From IMG/VR virus record IMGVR_UViG_3300044998_000754: DNA of 36,815 bases. The stretch is one strand, 5' to 3'. Below the pieces are notes generated by a model. That model saw nothing but the letters and a program-made list of their open reading frames with translations. It had not been told where the DNA came from and did no database searches. The first letter of the stretch is position 1. Each line of letters starts with the position of its first letter. Origin of the DNA: a virus. Shown piece by piece: positions 23,201 to 31,745 of this stretch. A program made the translations under genes and the position numbers.

Positions 23201-25565
23201 CGACGCTCGGGCAAGCCTCCGCATCACGGCCACCGATGACCGCAAGGTCCTCGTGACCTGTCGAGCCGGCTGCTCGTTCCAGGACGTCCTCGCCGCCGCC
23301 GGCCTGACGGCGCGACAGTTGTTCGACGTCACGAACGATGTCGGAGCCTCGTTGGCACCGGCCGGTCCCCGTGCTGTCGTCTCGGGCGGAGCGGTCGCCC
23401 TCCTCAAGCTGTACCTCACGGAGGCCGCCGAGCGGTTCGTCGGCTCCCCGGCCGAGCAGTACGTCCTCCGCCGCTTCGGGCTCGCCGCCGAGGAAGCGGT
23501 CCAGGCCGGCCTCGGGTTCGACCCCGGCGACGGAGCCATCCCGTGCGAGTGGACGAGCAAGGCCTGGAACTTCGGTCCGCGGCTCGTCGTCCCCTTCCGC
23601 AGCTTCGACGGCGTAGCCCGTGGCGCTCAGGGCCGAGACCTGACCGGTCAGTCCCGAGCCCGTTGGGCTTCTCTCACGAACCCTCCGGACGCCGCATGGT
23701 CCAAGCTGGCCGTGTTCCGGCACGACGCCAACCTGGACACCTTCATCATCACCGAGGGACCTGGCGACGCCCTCACGGCCTTCGCCGCCGGCTACAACGC
23801 CGTCGCCGTTCGTGGGGCCGCCTTGTCATCGAACGAGGGTCTCGTCCGGGAGTTGGTCGAGGGTCTCGACGGGACTCGTGTCCTGGTCTGTGGTGACGCC
23901 GACCGGGCCGGCCAGGAGTTCGCCGGTTCCCTGTCGAGGTCTCTGGCCGACGCCGGTCTCTCCGTGTTCACGATGGTGGTCCCGTTCGGTGAGTCCGACC
24001 TGTCGGCCGCCTTCGAGTCCGACCCGGTCGGCTTCCCGTCCGCCCTGGAGGCTGCCGACCGTGACGCCGAGCCGCCGGTCCCGACCAGGGCTCGACCGCC
24101 GGCCCAGGAGAGTGACGACGACTTCGAGTTGACCGACCTCGGCAACGCCCAGCGGCTCGTCGCCTCCTTCGGTGCGGGGAACCTCCGGTACGTTGAGGAG
24201 TTGGGCTTCATGGTCCACTCGGCCGGGACCTGGGAGATCGACCGGCTTGACTCGGTCCGCACCGCCGCTCAGGACCTTGCCCAGGCCCTCGGTCGGGAGG
24301 CCCGCTCGATGATCGAGGCCGGCCAGGCCAGCCGGGACTCGGCCCTGGAGCAGCGCGGCAAGCGCCTCCTGGCGCACTCCAAGACGAGCCAGTCCACGAG
24401 AGCGATCGAGGCCATGATGAAGGAGGCCCGCTCCGTGAAGGGAGTGCGGGCCAGCATCGAGGACTTCGACCAACATCACCACCTCCTGGCCTTCACCAAC
24501 GGAGTCGTGGACCTCCGATCCGGCAAGCTCCTCCCCCATGATCGGGACCTGCTCCTGACCCGACGGATCGCACTTCCCTACGACCCGGACGCTCGTTGCC
24601 CTCGTTGGGAGCAGTTCCTCTCCGAGGTCTTCCCGAAGGACCCTGATCTTCCCGCCTTCATGCAGCGCCTCGTCGGCTACGGTATCACCGGAGACACGAG
24701 CGAGCAGGCCTTCGCCATCCTGTGGGGCCTCGGGGCCAACGGCAAGTCCGTGTTCACCGACACGCTCTCCTTCGTGTTCGACTCCATCACCACGACGACG
24801 CCGTTCACGACCTTTGAGCGCCGGCCCGCCGGCGGCATCCCGAACGACCTGGCGGCTCTCCGGGGCGCTCGTCTGGTGTTCGCTTCCGAGGGAGAGCAGG
24901 GAGTCCCGATGGCGGAGGCTACCCTCAAGAGGGTCACGGGCCAGGACCTCATCACGGCCAGGTTCCTCCGGCGGGAGTTCTTCTCCTTCCGGCCGACCTT
25001 CCTCATCTTCCTCGCCACCAACTACAAGCCTGCCTTCCGAGGTCAGGACGAAGGCTTATGGCGACGCGTGAAGCTCATCCCGTGGGAGCGGTACTTCGCT
25101 CCCTCGGAGCGGGACCCGAGGCTCGTCTACAAGCTCCGTGAGGAGGCCGCCGGGATCGCCGCCTGGGCCGTCCGTGGAGCCACGGAGTGGTTCGCCCGAG
25201 GGTTGCAGGAGCCCCCGTCCGTGGTCGGCGCGACCAAGGAGTACCGGGCCGGTACCGATGCTCTCTCCGGCTTCTTCCCCGGCGTCATCGAGGCTGCCGG
25301 CCCGGACGACGTGGTCCCGGTCACCGCCGTCTGGGGGGCCTACCTGAACTGGTGCGATGAGGAGAACCTCCCCGGTCGTGAGCGATGGACCCGTCGGGCG
25401 CTGTACGCCGCTCTTGAGGAGAGAGGGCTCGCCCGCCGACGTCGGGCCGACGGGACCTACTTCGCCGGGCTCGTTCTCCACGCCCGCCCAACTGTCCCCG
25501 ATCTGGACGCTCTGGCCCATGAACACCCGGACACCAACGACACGGCCGACGCGGCCAAGGAGTAG
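23112..25565 (+). CDS. Bifunctional DNA primase / SF3 (P4/D5-type) helicase
   Basis: 817 aa. Zn motif CPAHDD...CRAGC, TOPRIM motifs IITEGPGDALT and VCGDADRAGQE, Walker A ILWGLGANGKSVF, and a downstream VFASEGEQG. Confidence 0.85.
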   Translation: MPMQLSEVLAKFDVVGSETDGFLARCPAHDDARASLRITATDDRKVLVTCRAGCSFQDVLAAAGLTARQLFDVTNDVGASLAPAGPRAVVSGGAVALLKLYLTEAAERFVGSPAEQYVLRRFGLAAEEAVQAGLGFDPGDGAIPCEWTSKAWNFGPRLVVPFRSFDGVARGAQGRDLTGQSRARWASLTNPPDAAWSKLAVFRHDANLDTFIITEGPGDALTAFAAGYNAVAVRGAALSSNEGLVRELVEGLDGTRVLVCGDADRAGQEFAGSLSRSLADAGLSVFTMVVPFGESDLSAAFESDPVGFPSALEAADRDAEPPVPTRARPPAQESDDDFELTDLGNAQRLVASFGAGNLRYVEELGFMVHSAGTWEIDRLDSVRTAAQDLAQALGREARSMIEAGQASRDSALEQRGKRLLAHSKTSQSTRAIEAMMKEARSVKGVRASIEDFDQHHHLLAFTNGVVDLRSGKLLPHDRDLLLTRRIALPYDPDARCPRWEQFLSEVFPKDPDLPAFMQRLVGYGITGDTSEQAFAILWGLGANGKSVFTDTLSFVFDSITTTTPFTTFERRPAGGIPNDLAALRGARLVFASEGEQGVPMAEATLKRVTGQDLITARFLRREFFSFRPTFLIFLATNYKPAFRGQDEGLWRRVKLIPWERYFAPSERDPRLVYKLREEAAGIAAWAVRGATEWFARGLQEPPSVVGATKEYRAGTDALSGFFPGVIEAAGPDDVVPVTAVWGAYLNWCDEENLPGRERWTRRALYAALEERGLARRRRADGTYFAGLVLHARPTVPDLDALAHEHPDTNDTADAAKE

Positions 25566-25570
25566 ACACC

Positions 25571-25804
25571 GTGAGCTTCACGACCATCGCCCTCATCACG
25601 ATCCAACACCATCTCTCCGATGTCCTGGACCCCGACCTCTACGACGCCGAGGAGCTGACCGACGAGCTTCACGACCTCGTGATGGAGGCCGAGGATCGGG
25701 CTTGGGCCGCAGCCTCCCCGGAGGTGATGAAGCTCATGCAGGCCGAGTCGATCGACATCCAGGCCATCGAGGCCGTCCTCCGTCGTCACGGGCTCGACCG
25801 ATGA
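25571..25804 (+). CDS. Hypothetical acidic protein (77 aa)
   Basis: GTG start 6 nt after the primase stop. GC3-rich frame. Confidence 0.5.
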   Translation: MSFTTIALITIQHHLSDVLDPDLYDAEELTDELHDLVMEAEDRAWAAASPEVMKLMQAESIDIQAIEAVLRRHGLDR

Positions 25805-25818
25805 GGAGGAGGACCGCC

Positions 25819-26085
25819 ATGCTCGACAAGCTCATCTCCACCGTCGAGGTCCTCGGGCTCGGATCGGCGCTCTACCTGTCGATCACCAACTACGTCCTCC
25901 TCTTGTCTGCCGAGACGTCCAACATGGTCGCTCTGCACGGAGCCGCCGGGCTCGGGATGCTCGCCGTCACCGTCTTCATCCTGAGGTATCGAGCCGACCG
26001 CCTCGTCGCCACGGCCCGTTCCGAGGCCGAGCGTGAGGCTCAGGCTCATCTCGCCAGGCTCTGGAAGGAGTACGAGCAGCGATGA
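25819..26085 (+). CDS. Small membrane protein (88 aa, two TM segments)
   Basis: ATG after the RBS gaggaggagga. LGLGSALYLSITNYVLLL and LHGAAGLGMLAVTVFIL. Confidence 0.55.
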   Translation: MLDKLISTVEVLGLGSALYLSITNYVLLLSAETSNMVALHGAAGLGMLAVTVFILRYRADRLVATARSEAEREAQAHLARLWKEYEQR

Positions 26086-27890
26086 GAACGTTGACGGCCA
26101 CCGTGACCGGCGACGAGGTTCGCATCAGTGTGGTCGAGGACGTCCGGGACCTCGAAGTGTTGCTGTCCTGGGCGCTCCGGTTGGGAGCGGTCGCCCTCGA
26201 CGTCGAGACGACCGGACTGGACATCTTCGGACAGGACCGGCTCCGGCTCGTCCAGTTCGGGAACCGGTCCGAGAGCTTCGTCTTGGACGTCGAGCGGTTC
26301 CCCGCGCACCTCGACACCGTCGCCACGATCATCAAGGCGGTCCCCAGACTCGTTCTCCACAACGCAGCCTTCGACCTGCTGGCCCTCGACCGGGTTGGCG
26401 TCCTGGAACTTGACACGGTCTGGTCAAGAGTCATCGACACGAGGGTCCTCGCTCACCTCCTCGACCCTCGATCCGCCGCCGAGGGAGGCCCAGGTCACGG
26501 GCTCAAGGCATTAGCGGCCTATCACCTTGGCGACGACGCCGACCGGTACCAGGCGGAGCTTCATCAACGCTTCCGGACGCTCCGCCTCACCAGATCGTCC
26601 GGTTGGGCCGGGATCGAGACGACCGACGAGGCCTTCCTCCGCTACGCCGCCGTGGACACCGTCCTGACGGCCCGGCTCTACTACGCCCTCGGTCCGCTCG
26701 CCCGCCTCCAGCAGCTCGACCGGCTCGCCGCCTTCGAGTCACAGGTAGGCCTCGTCTGCGCCAAGATGCAGCGCACCGGACTCCTCCTCGACGTCCAGTA
26801 CGCCGAGGAGCTTCGGGCCTATTACGAGTCCGAGGAGACCGCCGGCCGTCAGGAGGCCGCATCCTTCGGGATCGAGAAGGTCAACTCGCCGGCCCAGGTC
26901 GCTGAGGTCCTCACGGCGCTCGGCGCTCCGTTGACCGAGCGGACGCCCTCGGGCGCTCCGAAGGTGGACCGGGCCGTCCTCACCGCCATCGCCAGCAGCC
27001 ACGGGCCGGCTGCTGCTCCGGCGGCCGCTGTGCTTCGGGCCAAGCAGGCCAACAAGTTCAGGACCTCGTATGTGGAGGTCACCCTCGCTCGGCGGGACTC
27101 GGCCGACCGGGTCCACCCGACGATCAACCCGCTCCAGGCCCGGACCGCTCGCATGTCGATCTCCGATCCGCCGCTCCAGCAGCTTCCGTCCGGCGACTGG
27201 AGGGTCCGCCGCATGTTCGTTCCGAGACCTGGGAGCCGGCTCATCTCGGTCGACTTCTCCCAGGTCGAGATGAGGGTCCTTGCCGCACTGTCCGGTGATG
27301 CCGCCATGACGGAAGCGATCGTGTCCGGCGAGGACTTGCACTCCACGGCCGCCAGGCTCATGTTCGGTCCGGACTTCACCGAGAAGGACCGGAAGCTCGC
27401 CAAGGTCGCGGGGTTTGCGAAGGTCTACGGCGGAGGAGCGGCTACCATCGCCCGCCAGACCGGCGTCACGACCGACGTCGCCAAGGCGGCCACCGAACGA
27501 TACGACCGGGCCTTCCCAGGCATCCGCCGGCTCGCCCGGCTCCTCCAGGAACGAGCCGAGTTCTCGGCCCTCGACGTCGAGACGCCAACCGGTCGGAGGC
27601 TGCCGCTGGACCGGGACCGGCTGTACGCAGCGGTCAACTACCTCGTCCAGTCCACCGCTCGGGACCTCCTGGCCTATGCCCTGGTCAAGATGGATGAGGC
27701 CGGGCTCTCGGATCATCTCCTGCTCCCCATCCATGACGAGGTCCTGGCCGAGGCCCCGGCCGACGAGGTCGAGGAGGTCGCCAAGGCCATCTCCGATGCG
27801 ATGACGATGGACTTCATGGGTATCCCGATCACGACCGACACCGAGGTCGCCCGAGGGTCGTGGGGAAGTCTCTACGGAGCGGACCGATGA
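26082..27890 (+). CDS. DNA polymerase I (family A) with a 3'-5' exonuclease domain
   Basis: Exonuclease motifs LDVETTGLD and HNAAFDL. Polymerase motif A DFSQVEMRVLA, motif B RKLAKVAGFAKVYGGG, motif C LPIHDEVL. Confidence 0.92.
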   Translation: MRTLTATVTGDEVRISVVEDVRDLEVLLSWALRLGAVALDVETTGLDIFGQDRLRLVQFGNRSESFVLDVERFPAHLDTVATIIKAVPRLVLHNAAFDLLALDRVGVLELDTVWSRVIDTRVLAHLLDPRSAAEGGPGHGLKALAAYHLGDDADRYQAELHQRFRTLRLTRSSGWAGIETTDEAFLRYAAVDTVLTARLYYALGPLARLQQLDRLAAFESQVGLVCAKMQRTGLLLDVQYAEELRAYYESEETAGRQEAASFGIEKVNSPAQVAEVLTALGAPLTERTPSGAPKVDRAVLTAIASSHGPAAAPAAAVLRAKQANKFRTSYVEVTLARRDSADRVHPTINPLQARTARMSISDPPLQQLPSGDWRVRRMFVPRPGSRLISVDFSQVEMRVLAALSGDAAMTEAIVSGEDLHSTAARLMFGPDFTEKDRKLAKVAGFAKVYGGGAATIARQTGVTTDVAKAATERYDRAFPGIRRLARLLQERAEFSALDVETPTGRRLPLDRDRLYAAVNYLVQSTARDLLAYALVKMDEAGLSDHLLLPIHDEVLAEAPADEVEEVAKAISDAMTMDFMGIPITTDTEVARGSWGSLYGADR

Positions 27891-28753
27891 GCCGGCCGAT
27901 CTACCGGGCCGAGGTCGAGGAGTGGCTTCCGGAAGGGTATGTCTATCTCTGGCACGGGCCGGTTCGGTACAAGACGCAGCGCCGGTCCGCTGTCGTAGCT
28001 CTGTGTCCGAACGGTCACACCTGGCGGTGTTGTCTCGACAACATCAAGAAGGGCCACCGTTGCGGAGAGTGTGCCGACCGGACCGCCACGGTCGACGAGG
28101 TCCAGTCCCTCATCCGTGAGATCGGGTACACCTACATCAAGCAGGAGGTCCGTGGCACCGGTAAGGCCCGAAAGACCTTCGTCTGGTCTCGATGCCCGAA
28201 CGGTCACACCTGGCGGTGTCGTCTCGACAACATCAAGAAGGGCCACCGTTGCGGAGAGTGCGCCCGCCAGCGCGGCCTCTCCAAGCTCCACTACTCCCTC
28301 TCGGACTTCCGGACCGGTTCCGCCGACCCCGCGAGACCGCTTCGGGTCTACATCTACCTCTGGGCCGGCGTCGTCAAGGTTGGCATCGGTCGCCCCGACG
28401 GATTCTGGGAGCGGCACGGAGCAACCCTCATCCACTCCATCACCGTCCCTGCCATCGTCGCTAGCGCCGTCGAGGAGATGCTCCTTCATCGACTACAGGG
28501 ACATCGCTACGGCCGGACCTCCAAGGTCACGTTCGGGTGCTCTGGTGCCGAGACGACCGAGTGGGCTCCGGCCGAGGCCTGGTTCTCCCAGGTCACGGAG
28601 GTCCATGCGATCCTCGACTGGGCCGAGCGCCCGGAGACCGCCGAGGCCTTCCTGGACAACATCCACAACCACACCATCGACCGGTTCTTCGGTCGCAAGC
28701 CCCCGACCGCTCCGGCGGACGTCGTCATCCCCACCAAGGAGAGGGCAGCATGA
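27887..28753 (+). CDS. Duplicated zinc-ribbon protein with a T5orf172/GIY-YIG-like C-terminal domain (possible homing-type nuclease or DNA-binding protein)
   Basis: Two copies of CPNGHTWRC-LDNIKKGHRCGECA, then ...LRVYIYLWAGVVKVGIG.... ATGA overlap with the polymerase stop. Confidence 0.5.
   Translation: MSRPIYRAEVEEWLPEGYVYLWHGPVRYKTQRRSAVVALCPNGHTWRCCLDNIKKGHRCGECADRTATVDEVQSLIREIGYTYIKQEVRGTGKARKTFVWSRCPNGHTWRCRLDNIKKGHRCGECARQRGLSKLHYSLSDFRTGSADPARPLRVYIYLWAGVVKVGIGRPDGFWERHGATLIHSITVPAIVASAVEEMLLHRLQGHRYGRTSKVTFGCSGAETTEWAPAEAWFSQVTEVHAILDWAERPETAEAFLDNIHNHTIDRFFGRKPPTAPADVVIPTKERAA
28004..28264 (+). repeat. Two 72-bp near-identical direct repeats (28004..28075 and 28193..28264) inside CDS 27887..28753
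   Basis: 69/72 identical, and all three differences are T/C transitions. The flanking coding sequence is not conserved between the two copies. Confidence 0.9.
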
Positions 28754-29058
28754 GCGCCGAACGCATCCTCACCCTGATCGAACACACCCGCAAGGACCTC
28801 GACCTCCTGGAGGCCAACGTCCGACGGGCAGCCTCCGTCCAGTGGGAGCGCCCAACATCCCGACGGACTTCGGCATCGGACATCAAGGCCCGAGGAGGTC
28901 ACCGGGACCCGACCGGCGACACCGCCGTGGACCCTGTGCGGCTCTCCGTCCGACGCTCGATCGTCCGGACCGACACTGAGATGGTCAAGGTCGCCCGCAC
29001 CGTCCGAGGGCTCGCCGGTCTGGTCGGGCATGCCGTCGGAACCTGGGAGAAGGGTTGA
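28750..29058 (+). CDS. Hypothetical protein (102 aa)
   Basis: ATGA overlap with the upstream stop. MSAERILTLIEHTRKDLDLLEANVRR.... I have no confident family assignment. Confidence 0.55.
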   Translation: MSAERILTLIEHTRKDLDLLEANVRRAASVQWERPTSRRTSASDIKARGGHRDPTGDTAVDPVRLSVRRSIVRTDTEMVKVARTVRGLAGLVGHAVGTWEKG

Positions 29059-29061
29059 CCG

Positions 29062-29081
29062 GTCCGAGAACCTTCACGGAC
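29062..29081. promoter_or_regulatory. Operator-like palindrome, copy E (GTCCGAGAACCTTCACGGAC)
   Basis: Matches 16/16 fixed positions. Starts 4 nt after stop 29058, upstream of the small basic ORF and the sigma factor gene. Confidence 0.65.
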
Positions 29082-29115
29082 CGGTCAAAGACACCGTCTC
29101 CGGTGCCGATAGGGA

Positions 29116-29121
29116 TAGCAT
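29116..29121 (+). promoter_or_regulatory. -10-like box TAGCAT, 6 nt upstream of ATG 29128 (leaderless geometry)
   Basis: TAnnnT hexamer. No RBS lies between the box and the ATG. Confidence 0.4.
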
Positions 29122-29127
29122 GACACC

Positions 29128-29304
29128 ATGTCGAAGAAGCAGCTCCCAAGAGACATCACCAAGGCCGCCCGAGACCAGGAGCGGCACTCCCGCCTCGCCG
29201 CTCTGGCCGACGGCCGGCGCACCAGGTCGGTCCGCTTCCGCCCGAAGCGCGGTCCAGGCTCCTACCGCCGGCGTCCGAAGCACCGTGGTCGGGATCATGT
29301 GTGA
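29128..29304 (+). CDS. Very basic 58-aa protein with an ArfA-like KxGxGSYxRxxKH motif
   Basis: Hand translation: MSKKQLPRDITKAARDQERHSRLAALADGRRTRSVRFRPKRGPGSYRRRPKHRGRDHV. Below the ORF-track cut-off. GC3-rich frame. Confidence 0.5.
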   Translation: MSKKQLPRDITKAARDQERHSRLAALADGRRTRSVRFRPKRGPGSYRRRPKHRGRDHV

Positions 29305-29338
29305 CAGACCGGTGCTAACATCTCGGCCGGATAGCGGA

Positions 29339-29362
29339 CCGGGGACGCTGCAACGTCCCCGG
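29339..29362 (+). terminator. Strong hairpin (CCGGGGACG-ctgcaa-CGTCCCCGG) between the small basic ORF and the sigma gene
   Basis: Perfect 9-bp GC-rich stem. There is no U-tract, so it may be an attenuator or a processing site. Confidence 0.45.
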
Positions 29363-29424
29363 CCCGACGGTCCAGGCACATCTCTCTCAAGCCCTTCCAC
29401 GAGCAATGAAAGCAGGTAGCCCCT

Positions 29425-30138
29425 ATGACCATCGACAACGATAGCCCTGATGCGTTCTCTCCTCAAGGTCAGTACCTTCCTCACGACGTTCTTCATCGTG
29501 AGGTCCGTGTTATCGCCCAGGCCGCTCTCCGCCGCCGGCCCCGGTCCGTCGGTCGAGCCCTGACGCTGAACGACCTCATCTCCGAAGGTTGGATCGCCGC
29601 CGACGAGGCTATGTCCAGGTTCGACCCGGAGAAGGGGGAGGCACTTCACTACGTCCGAGCCAAGGTCCGCCGCCGGCTCAACGACGTCCTCCGGCGTGAA
29701 GGACACACCGCCTCGGTCAGCGCCAGGACCCTGCACCGAGCGGCCGCCGGGGAGCTGAGCGAGGAGTCTCAAGCCCTGGTCGAAGCCTCGTCACCGACCC
29801 GTCGGGTCTCGATCGTTCCCGGCAACCCGGAAGGGCCGGTCGCTCCTGGCTCGATGCCCCAGGAGTGGCTCCCCTCTAGGGACGAGCCGACCATGGAGGA
29901 GATCGTCGCAGCCACCGAGGTCCGCTCGATCGTCCATCACCACCTCGACGTGCTGGCCGAGACCAGGCCCCAGCAGGCGGAGGCCGTCCGTCTCTCCTTC
30001 GGGATCGACGGTCCTGCCCTCTCTCGGCCCGAGATTGCGGACAAGCTCGGCACGACTGTGGAGAACGTGAAGAAGCTCCGCCAGCGTGGACTCGCTGCTC
30101 TCCGGGAGCAGGTTGCAGTCATCGCCCTCTGGGAGTGA
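29425..30138 (+). CDS. Phage-encoded sigma-70 family RNA polymerase sigma factor
   Basis: 237 aa. Region 2-like DLISEGWIAADEAMSRFDPEKGEALHYVRAKVRRRLND. Region 4-like AVRLSFGIDGPALSRPEIADKLGTTVENVKKLRQRGLAALR. Confidence 0.75.
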   Translation: MTIDNDSPDAFSPQGQYLPHDVLHREVRVIAQAALRRRPRSVGRALTLNDLISEGWIAADEAMSRFDPEKGEALHYVRAKVRRRLNDVLRREGHTASVSARTLHRAAAGELSEESQALVEASSPTRRVSIVPGNPEGPVAPGSMPQEWLPSRDEPTMEEIVAATEVRSIVHHHLDVLAETRPQQAEAVRLSFGIDGPALSRPEIADKLGTTVENVKKLRQRGLAALREQVAVIALWE

Positions 30139-31594
30139 ACACCGCCCGGTCCGGGTCGAACGTCCCTCGCCGGGACCCGGACGGTAGGACCGTCACCCGT
30201 TCCATGACCGCCCGGATCAAGGCCGGAGCGTGCTCCGAACGAAGGAGCAGGTCTCCCGGTTCATCGTCGTCCGCCGCCATGACCGGGTCGAGGACCGTGC
30301 TCAGATCAACCGGAGCGGGCTCCAGCCCTTCTAGCTCCTGGCGGAGTCCGCCGAGCCGTTCCTGGAGCCGAGAGACCTGCCGAGCGTACCGGTCTCCGGC
30401 GATGAGACCGTCCGCACGGTCGTCGTCCAGGTTCTCCAAGGCCTTCGTCACGACCTCGATCTCCGAGCGGATCGCTCGTCTCCTACCCTCGTCCTCCACG
30501 GCCTCGTCGTCGGCCACGATCCGAGCGATGGCGGCCAGGGCCTCGGGCTCGGCGTCTGGGTCGATGGCGGCTAGCTGGGCCGAGGTCCAGGATGCAACGA
30601 GCCGGTCGAGTGAAGGCATGGAGACCGAGATGTCGCATCCGATCCGGGAGCACCGGTACCGGCCTCGTCCGGAGTCCTTCGATCGGTCGCCATAGAGACG
30701 GGAGCCGCAGAGCCCGCAGTAGGCCACTCCTCGGAGCAGTGAGGGCTCACCTCGTCCGGCCCGACCTCTCCATGTCCGAAGGCGCTCTTGGAGCCGGAGG
30801 AAGGTGGTCTCGTCCAGCACCGCCTCATGGACCTGGACCGGTAGACCGTCCTCACTCACCACGACCCGCCGGGCATCCCGAGGGCCACCGTCAGGAACCC
30901 ACCCGGCCAGGTAGACCGACCGCAAGGTCCTGGTCAAGGACGTGATGGTCCACTCAGCTCCGTTCCGGCCGCGGTGTCCGTTGTCGTTCAGCCATCGGAC
31001 CTGCGAAGCAACCGAGGCTCCGCCGATGATGGTCTCAGCCACGGCCCGCACGATCGGTCCCTCCTTCTCGTCCACGACCAGACGTCCGGCCTCCAACCGA
31101 CATCCGAAGGGGACTCGCCCGCCCTGGAACCGGGGATCGTTCCTTCGGATCGAGGCCTTGGCCTCCTTCACCTTCTCCGACCGTAGGTCAGACTCCTGCT
31201 TGGCGAACGCTGCGAACAGAGAGAACACGGCTTGAGCGATCGGGGAGTCGGTGCTCAAGAACGGCTCCCCGACGGAGACGAGCTTCACGCCGGCCTCCTC
31301 CAGGGTCTCCACGATCTCCAGGGCTTCCCTGATCCCGCGCCGGGACAGTCGGCTGAGGTCTCGGACCACGACCCGGTCGACCCGTCCGGCTCGGACGTCT
31401 GCCAGCACCGCATCAAGTCCAGGCCGCTGGACCGAGACATCCCACCCGGACACTCCGATGTCCTCGTGGAAGCGAACGAGGTCCCAGCCCTGGGACTGGC
31501 AGAACGCTTCGATGCTGGCCCGTTGGCTCTCTGGGCTGGCCTCGGAGTCCTTCCGTCTGGACTGACGAACGTACCCTACCGCTCTCGGTCTCAC
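30119..31594 (-). CDS. int: Large serine recombinase (serine integrase)
   Basis: AVGYVRQS (catalytic Ser), RPGLDAVLADVRAGRVDRVVVRDLSRLSRR, a recombinase domain, the Zn ribbon CGLCGSRLY...YRCSRIGC, and a coiled-coil tail. GTG 31594 puts the Ser at residue 12; the maximal ORF extends to a TTG at 31669. Confidence 0.88.
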   Translation of the reverse strand: MRPRAVGYVRQSRRKDSEASPESQRASIEAFCQSQGWDLVRFHEDIGVSGWDVSVQRPGLDAVLADVRAGRVDRVVVRDLSRLSRRGIREALEIVETLEEAGVKLVSVGEPFLSTDSPIAQAVFSLFAAFAKQESDLRSEKVKEAKASIRRNDPRFQGGRVPFGCRLEAGRLVVDEKEGPIVRAVAETIIGGASVASQVRWLNDNGHRGRNGAEWTITSLTRTLRSVYLAGWVPDGGPRDARRVVVSEDGLPVQVHEAVLDETTFLRLQERLRTWRGRAGRGEPSLLRGVAYCGLCGSRLYGDRSKDSGRGRYRCSRIGCDISVSMPSLDRLVASWTSAQLAAIDPDAEPEALAAIARIVADDEAVEDEGRRRAIRSEIEVVTKALENLDDDRADGLIAGDRYARQVSRLQERLGGLRQELEGLEPAPVDLSTVLDPVMAADDDEPGDLLLRSEHAPALIRAVMERVTVLPSGSRRGTFDPDRAVFTPRGR

Positions 31595-31610
31595 CCCTCC
31601 GATCCTAGCC

Positions 31611-31652
31611 GGGGAGACGTCGCCACTGCCCAGGCAAGGGCAACGTCTCCCC
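31611..31652. repeat. 42-bp element with perfect 10-bp inverted arms (GGGGAGACGT ... ACGTCTCCCC), followed by the tandem octamer CCCCGTGT x2 (31649..31664)
   Basis: Read directly from the sequence. Lies immediately upstream of the probable int start. Candidate attP core or int leader structure. Confidence 0.5.
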
Positions 31653-31687
31653 GTGTCCCCGTGTGGCAATATAGACAGTGAGACCTA

Positions 31688-31712
31688 GGACTCCTTCTGC
31701 TTCCCGGAGGCC
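31688..31712 (+). repeat. 25-bp direct repeat, copy 1 (GGACTCCTTCTGCTTCCCGGAGGCC)
   Basis: 23/25 identical to 31964..31988. Lies 34 nt upstream of ATG 31746. Confidence 0.8.
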
Positions 31713-31745
31713 TCGGAACGTCCGTCAATCTTGTAGGGAGCTTCG

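Noticed and set aside
31595-31669. TTG 31669 as the integrase start (25 extra residues)
   Set aside because: GTG 31594 places the catalytic Ser at residue 12, as in other serine recombinases. The extension would translate the inverted repeat and the tandem octamers, and would start inside a TATATT box. It is not excluded, because the RBS spacing for the GTG is poor.
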